Source: an uncultured cyanobacterium
GTDB lineage: Bacteria > Cyanobacteriota > Cyanobacteriia > Phormidesmidales > Phormidesmidaceae
Length of the DNA: 64,000 bases
Assembly (NCBI GenBank): GCA_963793265.1
Contig: CAWBZI010000001.1
Location: forward strand, 512,001-576,000
Direction of reading: 5' to 3'
In this document: positions 50,598 through 59,729 of the stretch, in pieces
How positions within the stretch are numbered: position 1 is the stretch's first letter
How the letters are laid out: each line of letters opens with the position of its first letter
Notes under the pieces: model-generated
Databases searched by the model: none
Told to the model about the DNA's origin: nothing
What the model saw: only the letters and a program-made list of their open reading frames with translations
Made by a program: the position numbers and the translations under genes

Positions 50598-51581
50598 CTA
50601 AGCAACCTGATAGCCTAATTTTTCTAGTAGAGGGCCTGCTGACTGCTGACAAAGCGCAATATCGGCTTCAGAAAGTTCTTCTTTCCAGGCGTCAATAACG
50701 CCTTTCCTGACGTGCTGTCCTTCTCCTTTGTGTTTTATCTTTTCAATGCTAAAGGCTTCAGCGATCGCACAAATATCTGATTCATCGGCAGATACTTCCA
50801 AAAACTCAAAGGCACTTTGCAGAGAAACCGCTGTGTTTTGCCTGAGATCTTCGTATCGAATGCGTAGAATGCGATCGCACATAGCCGCATCTTGCCTACA
50901 TTTCTCCGTCACCTCAAGGCTCCGAGTCCACTGCTTCACAAGCTGATAAGTGGGTTTAGCCGCCCAGGTTTGAGTTTTGGCACGCGCCTGCCAAGAGGCA
51001 CAAACCCCTCTAACGTCTCTGACAATTTCAACGACTTTCGCTTCTGGAAAAGACTTGAGAATGACGTCTGAGTATTTGACGTGCATCGGCGTCTTTTCAA
51101 GCATGATCTTGTTGCGATCGCCCCCCTGCTCATAAAAAGAGAACGCCAAAACAGATTCAATCAGCCGACTCACCTTCGTAAGGTCGCTGCCCTCTTCAGA
51201 CTTTGCCTTCTCAACTAGCGCTAAAAATTTGGGGTAGTCAACGCACATATGAGGCCCCGAATATTGCCCGCTGCGCTGATAAAAGCGATAGATTCTAGGC
51301 AGCGCGGCCCAAATATTGCGGCTGTTAAAACCCGTAATAATAGGCGCGATTCCAAAGTTCTTGAATATCCAAGCTCTCTTTTCGATTCTCTTTTTCCAAG
51401 TCAGCTTTTCAAGATAGGTAAAAGGATCGTAGAAGAGTTTATACAGGTGGCTCTCGCCTGCTAGCTTGACGATATCTGGATGTTGAGCGAGCATTTCTGC
51501 AGCCCAAGATGTTCCAGAGCGCGGACAGCCGACAACGAAAAGTTTGCGATGAGGCAGGTCGTAAGACACAATCTGATGCAT
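50598..51581 (-). CDS. PAPS-dependent sulfotransferase
   Basis: GCPRSGTS 5'-PSB loop, EKTP, RDVRGVCAS 3'-PB motif, RYEDL, RKG..W. Confidence 0.9.
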   Translation of the reverse strand: MHQIVSYDLPHRKLFVVGCPRSGTSWAAEMLAQHPDIVKLAGESHLYKLFYDPFTYLEKLTWKKRIEKRAWIFKNFGIAPIITGFNSRNIWAALPRIYRFYQRSGQYSGPHMCVDYPKFLALVEKAKSEEGSDLTKVSRLIESVLAFSFYEQGGDRNKIMLEKTPMHVKYSDVILKSFPEAKVVEIVRDVRGVCASWQARAKTQTWAAKPTYQLVKQWTRSLEVTEKCRQDAAMCDRILRIRYEDLRQNTAVSLQSAFEFLEVSADESDICAIAEAFSIEKIKHKGEGQHVRKGVIDAWKEELSEADIALCQQSAGPLLEKLGYQVA

Positions 51582-51675
51582 GGGCCGTTGGATCTTGTTG
51601 TACTCAGTAGGCTACGTTAATTTAGTATAGTTTTTGACTTACGTTCCGTAGTTGAGCATACTAACGCTCTTTTGC

Positions 51676-51719
51676 GATGTCGAGGTGATGTCGAGGTGAT
51701 GTCGAGGTCACGTCAAGCT
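51676..51719. repeat. 11-bp tandem repeat (GATGTCGAGGT)x3 plus one degenerate copy
   Basis: Copies start at 51676, 51687 and 51698; CACGTCAAGCT at 51709. Confidence 0.9.
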
Positions 51720-51776
51720 TTCATAGGTTGGGCGCTATGCTAAACGCAACATACTCAACGCTGTCAACCTTTTCCT

Positions 51777-53318
51777 ATGGCAAGACTTCCTACCCTAAAA
51801 TTTGATCGCGGTACGTTAGTTTTGCACCCACCACCTCGGGGCAAAGCCTGGATTGATTACGCCGTGTGGGACGATCGGATTGAGCGCTTTCGGGTGCCTG
51901 CTGATAAGTATCGCCCTCTAGTTGAAGCGCTAAGAGCTGAGGGCGTACGCTTTGAAGACAAGGTGCAAACGTTTGAGCCATTGGCGTTGCAGGATAATTT
52001 GACGCTGACGCCGTATGCCCATCAGCAGGAGGCACTGCAGGCTTGGAAGGTGAATGAAAGGCGTGGGGTGGTGGTGCTGCCAACGGCGGCGGGGAAAACG
52101 TATTTGGCGCAGATGGTGATGCAGGCGACGCCGAGACGGACACTGATTACGGTGCCGACGCTGGATTTGATGCATCAGTGGTATGCAAATTTGGAGGCGG
52201 CTTTTCCGGGGGTGGAGGTTGGCTTGTTAGGGGGCGGATCGCGCGATCGCACCCCAATTTTAGTCGCCACCTACGACAGCGCCTCTATCTACGCTGAAGA
52301 TTTGGGCAACCAGTACGCGCTGCTGATTTGCGACGAGTGTCATCATTTACCCAGCGACTTTCACCGCAGCATTGCTGAGTATTCAATCGCACCTTACCGA
52401 TTAGGACTCACCGCAACACCTGAGAGATCGGACGGGCGGCATGAGGACTTAGAAGTGCTGTTAGGCAAGGTGGTGTACCGGCGCACGTCGGAGGAATTGT
52501 CGGGGACGGCGCTTGCGCCTTATCAGATAGTGCAGCTCAAGGTAAAGCTAAGTGAGGAGGAGCGCGATCGCTATACCGAGCTGCAAAAACAGCGTAATGA
52601 GTTCTTACAGGCTTCTAAAATCTGGCTGAGCAGTCCGCAGGGTTGGCAGCGGTTTGTACAGGCGAGTGCCCAGTCAGCAGAGGGGCGGCGGGCGATGTTG
52701 GCCCATCGGGAGTCTAAAAATATTGCGCTGGGTACGGCAGGTAAACTAACGCTGCTAGAAAATCTGTTGAAAAAGCACTATCCCGATCGCACCTTAATAT
52801 TCACGAACGACAATGCGACCGTGTACAAGATTTCCCAAGACTTTTTGATTCCAGCTATTACGCATCAAACGCCGGTTAAAGAGCGCCATGCCATTTTGCA
52901 GAAGTTTCGTGAGGGCGACTACAGCGTGATTGTGGTATCTCACGTGCTCAATGAAGGCGTGGATGTGCCCGATGCACGCGTGGCTATTTTACTGTCTGGG
53001 AGCGGATCGCCTAGAGAATACATTCAGCGCTTGGGCCGCGTGCTGCGTAAGGGTAGCAGTGGAAAAATGGCGCTGCTGTACGAAGTGGTGGCCGAGCAAA
53101 CCAGTGAGGAAGGGGTTTCTAGACGCAGGCGACAGCAGCCATCGCAGACGGGCGCAGAGCAGGGGAACGAACAAAGTAACGAAAAGCAGCTTTCTTTGAT
53201 GCCCGACTCGCCTAGTAAACGCAAGCCCGCTTCACCTTACAAAGTTGTCAAGCTTCCTAATATTGCTCGTCGCGCAGCAGAAGAAACAACAGAATGGAAA
53301 GACGATGACGATCGATAA
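51777..53318 (+). CDS. XPB/Ssl2-like SF2 helicase
   Basis: LPTAAGKT, DECHH, GLTATPER, LNEGVDVP, QRLGRVLR. Confidence 0.9.
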   Translation: MARLPTLKFDRGTLVLHPPPRGKAWIDYAVWDDRIERFRVPADKYRPLVEALRAEGVRFEDKVQTFEPLALQDNLTLTPYAHQQEALQAWKVNERRGVVVLPTAAGKTYLAQMVMQATPRRTLITVPTLDLMHQWYANLEAAFPGVEVGLLGGGSRDRTPILVATYDSASIYAEDLGNQYALLICDECHHLPSDFHRSIAEYSIAPYRLGLTATPERSDGRHEDLEVLLGKVVYRRTSEELSGTALAPYQIVQLKVKLSEEERDRYTELQKQRNEFLQASKIWLSSPQGWQRFVQASAQSAEGRRAMLAHRESKNIALGTAGKLTLLENLLKKHYPDRTLIFTNDNATVYKISQDFLIPAITHQTPVKERHAILQKFREGDYSVIVVSHVLNEGVDVPDARVAILLSGSGSPREYIQRLGRVLRKGSSGKMALLYEVVAEQTSEEGVSRRRRQQPSQTGAEQGNEQSNEKQLSLMPDSPSKRKPASPYKVVKLPNIARRAAEETTEWKDDDDR

Positions 53319-53324
53319 AGTGCT

Positions 53325-54647
53325 CTACGGATTTAGCCACTTCTGAGTTGGCTTTCTAAGAAGACGGGCGTTGCTATAGGCTACATCTAGAGGGAGTATG
53401 GTTCTGACCCGGTAGATCTTGCTGTCAGTGTCTTTGTCTGCGACAAGAGCCGCGTCTGCTTTTTCAGAATCGGTGATGCGCAGTGGTAGCAGTAGCTGCA
53501 TTTTTTGGTTGGTATGAAACCAAAAAGGCACGGCTTCGGCATCGTTGCGTTCACATTTGGTTTTGAGCTGGTTGATGGCTCCTGTGAGGGCCGTGATCGC
53601 CAGTGTCTCATTGCCCTGAAGTTCTAGCGGCAGTCGATCTCTATTATCTCGAACAACGTGAGCAACATTGACAGAAATATCGTAGCTAGCATCGAAAGTA
53701 AGATCGCTTTGATTTTGAATATAGCTGGCGTGCTTTGGCAAGGGTGCAAACTGAGCGAGCTTTTTGGCATCTTGATCGCGCCACTTTCTAAAGAACCAGT
53801 CAGGAAAGTCGTTGTCGTCAGCGGCTCTGGTATTGGCCTTAAAAGTTGCAAAGATATCTTTGTTGAAGGGTGTTTGCAGTCCAGTGTTGAAAAACACGTA
53901 GGGCTTGCCGTCTATCGTTTGGAACTGAATTTTGTTTTGGTCTTGCAGCCTCAGAAACGTGTAGTCCAGGTACTTGAGCAAAATAGGAAAGCTTTCATTC
54001 ACCTTTTTGAACTGTGGTTGCTGAAAGTTCCAAGGTTCTGGCCTGGCTAGCGCTGCAAGATCTTCAAAGCGGGCCTCCCAACTTTCGCCTCTAGCTCTGT
54101 CATAGTGAAAGTGAGCAAACGCATCGCGCTCGTTTTGACCAGGGTAGGGCCGCATTAACCTGTCGTATTTTTTAGAGAGCGTGACCGTTCTATCTTGCGG
54201 CAAAACCGGCTCTTTCTTCTTATGAAGAGGCTTGGTAGTTTTGCTGGCCGGTTTCTTAGAAGGCTTCTTCTTCGGCTGTTCCTTAGGCTTCTTTTCAGGT
54301 AGTTCTTTAGGCTGCTTTTTGGGCTGCGCTTTGGCCTGTTCTTTGGCCTGAAAAACTGGCTTCTCAGCCTTCTTTTTTTTAGGTTGTTCAGCTTTCTTCT
54401 TTTTCGGCTTGTCTTTTGACCTTAGCTTTTCCTTTGCTTCAAGAGGAGGCTCACTGCGGATTTTTGTTACTTTTTTAGAAGCTCTACTGCGCGCGCTAAT
54501 TAGGGCATAGCCAAATACTGAAAATGAGCATATTGAAAGTCCCACCAGCAGCCATCCGAGCGCTTGAGGCAAGGATAATAAACCAAGAATTAGAAACAGA
54601 ACAGCTATTCCTAAGGCAACATAGTGGGAGGCTTTGCGATTACCCAA
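53325..54647 (-). CDS. Membrane-anchored DUF3825-like protein
   Basis: TTG start with AGGAG RBS; two TM helices, Lys/Pro-rich linker, then ILLKYLDYTF, FNTGL, QLLLPL, TILPLDVAYSNARL. Confidence 0.72.
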   Translation of the reverse strand: MGNRKASHYVALGIAVLFLILGLLSLPQALGWLLVGLSICSFSVFGYALISARSRASKKVTKIRSEPPLEAKEKLRSKDKPKKKKAEQPKKKKAEKPVFQAKEQAKAQPKKQPKELPEKKPKEQPKKKPSKKPASKTTKPLHKKKEPVLPQDRTVTLSKKYDRLMRPYPGQNERDAFAHFHYDRARGESWEARFEDLAALARPEPWNFQQPQFKKVNESFPILLKYLDYTFLRLQDQNKIQFQTIDGKPYVFFNTGLQTPFNKDIFATFKANTRAADDNDFPDWFFRKWRDQDAKKLAQFAPLPKHASYIQNQSDLTFDASYDISVNVAHVVRDNRDRLPLELQGNETLAITALTGAINQLKTKCERNDAEAVPFWFHTNQKMQLLLPLRITDSEKADAALVADKDTDSKIYRVRTILPLDVAYSNARLLRKPTQKWLNP

Positions 54648-54840
54648 AATTGAACTCCTAGAATGTGGTATGTGGCTTAGCTTATGGTTAAATTACGCTT
54701 AATCTATGAAAAAGTTTAATATATTGACCTGGCAAAACCAGCCTCTATTCACAGAAGTTATATTTAGGTCTATTATGCATTTTTTCTATACATATTATTA
54801 AAATCGTTGCCGCTGAATCAATTGCTACATCAAGCGCTAT

Positions 54841-56409
54841 CTAGTTGACTCGCACTAGCCGAATCTCCGTTCTCTGATTGCGCGCATCTTCAGGAGCCAC
54901 ACCCGCGAGAGGCTCGCTAAATCCTTTACCCTCCGGCAGAATGTTTAACGAAACGCCCATGCCTTTGAGGTGATTTACCACAACATTAGCGCGCTGCTGG
55001 CTTAAGGATTGATTGAGGGCGGCTGTCCCTGTGCGTGACGTGTGACCAATCACGCGAACCGCAACCGTTTGCTGGTTGAATTCTTTAATTTCGCTCGATA
55101 GCTGATTGAGGGTTTGCTTACCTTCTTCAGTGAGCTGCGCAGAGCCGGTATCAAAGCTGACCTGGCCGCGTATCTGCAAGTTACCAATATCAGGAGCCTG
55201 CTGAATCTGCGCGGCTGAAACTTGAGGGGCAGCAGTAATCGTGTTGCTTTTTCCTGCGAGCTTGTCGGCAAGATTTGGGTTGTCGGCTCTTACTAGCTCT
55301 ATGAGCGTTTGGGTGTTGTTAGCAGCTTCGGCTACAAACTGTTCGCTATAGAGGGTGGTTGCATCTGCGGGCACTGCGTCTAAGCGGTTAGAAAGCGTGA
55401 GGACAGCGGCGGTTGCACCAATACGCTTATCCAGGGTGCCTTCGGTAAACCATGTTTGTGCTTCGGTGGCGGTAAAGAAGTCAATGCCATCGATAATAGC
55501 TGAGGCGTCGCCTACGGAAAGGTTGCCGTCGTCAGCGACCTGCGCCTGTAGCTGACTGGCATCGCGGGCGTTGGCGTCTATACGGCGGTAGTAGTTTTCA
55601 AGAAGCTGTGAGATGACGCTGGGTTTGGACTGAATGAGTTTGTCTGAGGCGACAATTACATCGACGATGGCGTTGGGCGCGTCTTGGCTAGAGAGCACGA
55701 CGTTGTAACCCTGCTGGCGGGCCTGAGTGACGTAGGGCTCCCAAAGGACAGCGATCGCAACATTCTCGTTCGGGTCTTGTATCAGCGCCCAGGCTTCAGA
55801 GGCTTCGGCAACTGTTCTAATTTCAAAGTCCGATAGATTAAACGAATCGAACTTTGTATCTAGCACCAGGGCTAAGTATTCGCTGGGCGTATCTTGGGCG
55901 TAGGCAATGCTTAGCTTTTTGCCCTGCACTTTGTTTTGTTTTACTAGGGCGTCTAAGTCGTTGAGAGACTTCAGGCTGTTGTACTTTTTTGTATTTAGCA
56001 CGACCGCATCAGCGCCAACAGTACGATCGAGCAGTCCGACGATTTGACCTTTGGGCTGCTGTTGTAAAAACTGGTCTAGGGTGGTGACGATGAGATCGGC
56101 TTTGCCTCTGCTGAGCTTTTCGGCTCTGAGGGTTTGATCGAATTCGTCGGCATAGTCAATTTCGATGCCGGTTTCTTTGAGGGCTTCTAAAAAGTCGTCG
56201 TTGCGGAACGTGCTGTATCCGCTGAAGGTGTCGCCTAGTAGAGTGAGGCGGGCGCTGGTTTGGGTGCGATCGCCCGATGTCACTGATTCAATTCCGGTGG
56301 GCGAGAACCCTGGCAAACCGCCACCGATAAACCAGAGCCCGGTGCCCACTAGCCCTCCAGTAATGGCGAGGGTAACTAATAAAACAGGGAGTTCATTCCG
56401 CTTGCTCAT
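54841..56409 (-). CDS. Substrate-binding (NMT1/SsuA-like) domain fused to an OmpA-like C-terminal domain
   Basis: N-terminal TM helix, GADAVV and AVLWEPY; C-terminal FDTGSAQL, GHTS, LSQQRA, NQRTEI. Confidence 0.85.
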   Translation of the reverse strand: MSKRNELPVLLVTLAITGGLVGTGLWFIGGGLPGFSPTGIESVTSGDRTQTSARLTLLGDTFSGYSTFRNDDFLEALKETGIEIDYADEFDQTLRAEKLSRGKADLIVTTLDQFLQQQPKGQIVGLLDRTVGADAVVLNTKKYNSLKSLNDLDALVKQNKVQGKKLSIAYAQDTPSEYLALVLDTKFDSFNLSDFEIRTVAEASEAWALIQDPNENVAIAVLWEPYVTQARQQGYNVVLSSQDAPNAIVDVIVASDKLIQSKPSVISQLLENYYRRIDANARDASQLQAQVADDGNLSVGDASAIIDGIDFFTATEAQTWFTEGTLDKRIGATAAVLTLSNRLDAVPADATTLYSEQFVAEAANNTQTLIELVRADNPNLADKLAGKSNTITAAPQVSAAQIQQAPDIGNLQIRGQVSFDTGSAQLTEEGKQTLNQLSSEIKEFNQQTVAVRVIGHTSRTGTAALNQSLSQQRANVVVNHLKGMGVSLNILPEGKGFSEPLAGVAPEDARNQRTEIRLVRVN

Positions 56410-56540
56410 GGGTTGGGTGCCGTAGCATATACTTCTGGTTTATACAAGTCAAAAGTACCCCTTTACAGAAACTTATGTTGATTCTGGGAGGCTACAGCGC
56501 GGCTTATTGTCTCAAGGGCTTGTCGTCTTAAGACTGTTGC

Positions 56541-59507
56541 TTACTGCCCTACTAGCTCCTTAAACCAATCATCGTTCCAAATGTCTTCAAAGATTTCGTC
56601 GGCAAGGGCTTCTTGTTTGTAGCTAGGCTCAAGGCGAACAGCCTGCTGAAGGTTTTCGAGGGCGCGGTCGTTGTCGCGCTGAAGGGCGTAGCAGAGGGCG
56701 CGGTTGTAGTAGGCTTTGGCGTAGTTGGGATTGGCTGCGATCGCCTTATCAAAGCTCTTAAGGGCATCGCGATCGCGCCCTAACTTCAGCAGCACATAGC
56801 CCCGATTGTCCCAAGCCTTAGCCAAATTTGGCTTAAACCGAACCGCCTTATCGAATGAAGCCACCGCCTCTTCAAAGCGATCTAGCTCGGTGAGGGCTAG
56901 GCCCCGATTGAGCCAGGCCACCGCGTCATTCGCTTGAATAATAACGGCCTGATCAAATGACTCAAAGGCTTTTTCGTGGGCTTGCAAAATGCCAAAGGCG
57001 ACGCCCCGGTTGACCCAGGCTTCATGGTATTCGGGGTTGATATCGATGGCGCGATCAAAGGCTGTGATCGCCTCTTCGCGTTTCCTCAACCGGCTTAAAA
57101 CCATTCCTTTATTTAGCCATGCCTTTGCATCAGCGGGATCTTTCTCTATTACCCGTTCAAAGGCACTAAGCGCTTCTTCGTAGCTTCTTTGTTCCCTGAG
57201 CAATAGGCCAGTTTGGTACCAGGCTTCGCTATTCTCAGGCGATAGCTGAGTGACTTGATTGAGAGATTGAAGCGCGTCTTCTTTTCTACCGGCTTCAGTC
57301 AGCGCGCGGCTACGGCTAAACCAAACATCGGCGTTGCTAGGCTGCACTTCTAGGGCTCTATCATAGGCTGCGATCGCCGCCTCATACTGTTGCTCTTTTA
57401 GCTGTTTATCACCTTCTTCAATAAACTCATCAGCGGTTAAAAATAACTCAGGGCGATTGTCTTTAAGCCGGTTCACCTGCTCAGAAAGCTCAGCTATTTG
57501 AGTTTGAGACGTGCTCATAAACGAGTCGGCCACGTACTCAGGCGTAACCCGTCCGAGCTGCTCCATAATCTGTTGCTTTTCGGCTTCAGCTTCAGCGCTC
57601 AGCGCACTAATTTTGTTTTGAATCTCTTCTTTAACCTGCGTGACTTCGGTAATAGCCGTTTCCTGACGTTCGTTCAGATTTGACTCTAAGGCAGTTAGGG
57701 TCTGAGCAAATTTCTCTTCTATCTGCCCAAGCCTTGCCTGCGCAATTTTCTCTCGCTCTGCCGCAGATTTCGCCAGTTCACCAATCTGCTCGCCTAAGCG
57801 CGAGTCAAAGCTGTTGAGCTTGTTGATGATCACGTCACGTCTGCCGAATACGGTGTTGCGGACTTCAGTCAGTTCGCCGGTAAAGCTGTTTTCGATTTCT
57901 TTGAGCGATCGCAATAGCTGCTGCCGTTCGCCGCCAATCCCCGTTTGCAGCTCGTTTAGCTCCTGAGTGAAGTCGTTTTGGAGCTGTTGAACGATAGCGA
58001 TCACCTGCTCCCTTTGCTCACCCAAATCACCCTGCAACTCATTAAGCTGCGAAGAAAATTCGCGAGCACTCTCTGTCAGCTCGTTATACAGCTCACTTTT
58101 GCGCGTCCCTAAATCACTGCCAAGGTTAGAAAGCTGCGCCCGAAAGCCATCGGCGGTAGCCTGCAACTGCATAATCGTGTGGCTACGCTCCTCACTCACG
58201 CCATCCTGCAAGCCCGAAATCTGTTCTTTAAAGTCGTTAGCAACCCTATCCATATCGCCTAATATGGTGCCCTTGCGTCCTTCGACATCCGCTTTGAGCG
58301 TGGCAAACTGCGTCAAAAAGCCATCGGCAGACTGGCGAAAGCTCTGCATCATGTCGGCCTTACGGCTCTCCACCTCATTGCGAATAGCGTTGAACTGCTG
58401 CTGCAATTCTTCGGTGGAACGCTGAATGTTCTGTAAGGCCAAATCTTTGTGACCCAGCGCGCTCGCCTGAACGTCCTCAAGTTCTTGAAGCACGTTTTCT
58501 TTAGACTGATTAAGCCCTTCTAACGCCGAATCGCGCTGCTGTTCGATCTTGGCTTTAGCCTCAGCTTCCACGTTAGCGAGCTTAGGCCCAAACGCGCGAT
58601 CGGCTTCTCTGAGCGCTGACAATACGCGCTCTTGCTCGGCAACAGTTTCGGCCTGCATACTGCCAAGCTGGTCAGAAAGAACAGACTCCTTACGATCGAC
58701 TTCATCAAAGAAGGCCGCTTTACGCCGCTGCGTTTCTTCTTTAATCACACCAACGTGACGAGAGAATTCAGCTTCGGAGGTCGCGAACTTTTGCAGAATA
58801 CGCTGACCTTCTACCGCTGTATCTGTCTGCATCTCTTCTAGCTTTTGCTTAGCCTGGGCCTGAATGCCCGCAGCCGTTTGCGCAAAGTCTGTTGCTGTCG
58901 CTTCTAGCTTGTCGTTAATGTCTTCTAGCTGTTGCTCCCAATTACGAGCCGTTTGCACCTTAAACTCATTGAGTTCTTCAACTAATTTGTACAAAACCTC
59001 TCTTTGGGCAACGACTTCTCTTTGGAAATTGTTAGATCTTCCCTGCATCTCGCCAGAAAGATCGTCAGCATCGGCCAAGATACGGTTAAGGCTGCGGGTT
59101 GCATTGTGCACTTTGTTCTCTAACTCAGTCATCTCATTGAGCTGAGTGCGGACGATAGTAGCCACTTCATTCACAACAGACTTACGTAAGGCCCACAGCA
59201 TGGCAATGCCAACGCCGAGTAAAAGCACCAGCGCGCCGAGCATGATGGTTAGTAGCGTGGTGGCCTGATCGAGTGTGTTTTCAGCGTCTTGCTGAGCGAT
59301 CGCAACATCAGGCGTCGTGGCTTCAGGACTGATGGTTTCTACTGTCTGAGCAATCCTAGTTTCGGGCTTGACCTCAGAAGCTTCGGCCTCGGCTGGCTGC
59401 TGACCTGCAAGGGGCGTCGTCAGGCTTCCGGCTGCTAGCACTAGCCAGCTCGTGAGCAGTCCGCTGGTAGCCATGACCAAACGCCAATTCTTTTGATTCC
59501 CCTGCAT
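56541..59507 (-). CDS. Membrane-anchored long coiled-coil + TPR protein
   Basis: Signal-like N-terminus, TM helix about residues 84-106, roughly 580 aa of helical repeats, about eight TPRs. Confidence 0.88.
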   Translation of the reverse strand: MQGNQKNWRLVMATSGLLTSWLVLAAGSLTTPLAGQQPAEAEASEVKPETRIAQTVETISPEATTPDVAIAQQDAENTLDQATTLLTIMLGALVLLLGVGIAMLWALRKSVVNEVATIVRTQLNEMTELENKVHNATRSLNRILADADDLSGEMQGRSNNFQREVVAQREVLYKLVEELNEFKVQTARNWEQQLEDINDKLEATATDFAQTAAGIQAQAKQKLEEMQTDTAVEGQRILQKFATSEAEFSRHVGVIKEETQRRKAAFFDEVDRKESVLSDQLGSMQAETVAEQERVLSALREADRAFGPKLANVEAEAKAKIEQQRDSALEGLNQSKENVLQELEDVQASALGHKDLALQNIQRSTEELQQQFNAIRNEVESRKADMMQSFRQSADGFLTQFATLKADVEGRKGTILGDMDRVANDFKEQISGLQDGVSEERSHTIMQLQATADGFRAQLSNLGSDLGTRKSELYNELTESAREFSSQLNELQGDLGEQREQVIAIVQQLQNDFTQELNELQTGIGGERQQLLRSLKEIENSFTGELTEVRNTVFGRRDVIINKLNSFDSRLGEQIGELAKSAAEREKIAQARLGQIEEKFAQTLTALESNLNERQETAITEVTQVKEEIQNKISALSAEAEAEKQQIMEQLGRVTPEYVADSFMSTSQTQIAELSEQVNRLKDNRPELFLTADEFIEEGDKQLKEQQYEAAIAAYDRALEVQPSNADVWFSRSRALTEAGRKEDALQSLNQVTQLSPENSEAWYQTGLLLREQRSYEEALSAFERVIEKDPADAKAWLNKGMVLSRLRKREEAITAFDRAIDINPEYHEAWVNRGVAFGILQAHEKAFESFDQAVIIQANDAVAWLNRGLALTELDRFEEAVASFDKAVRFKPNLAKAWDNRGYVLLKLGRDRDALKSFDKAIAANPNYAKAYYNRALCYALQRDNDRALENLQQAVRLEPSYKQEALADEIFEDIWNDDWFKELVGQ

Positions 59508-59729
59508 GGGTTGTAACCCCTTCTGTGGCTGATGTTCGCAGTTTCAGTTTTTATCTACATGTTACCTGAACCGTCAGGTTATCAGATCTTTTGCCCTATC
59601 AGCCGTCAAAAGCGAGGCAAGGACTCAAACGGGTGGCAGCTCGGGCGCTATGATTTTAGAAGCGTTTAAGCTGCTTTCTCTATCCTTTTCAGCCCTGACC
59701 TGACTCATTGACTTTAGGAAACGTCGCTA

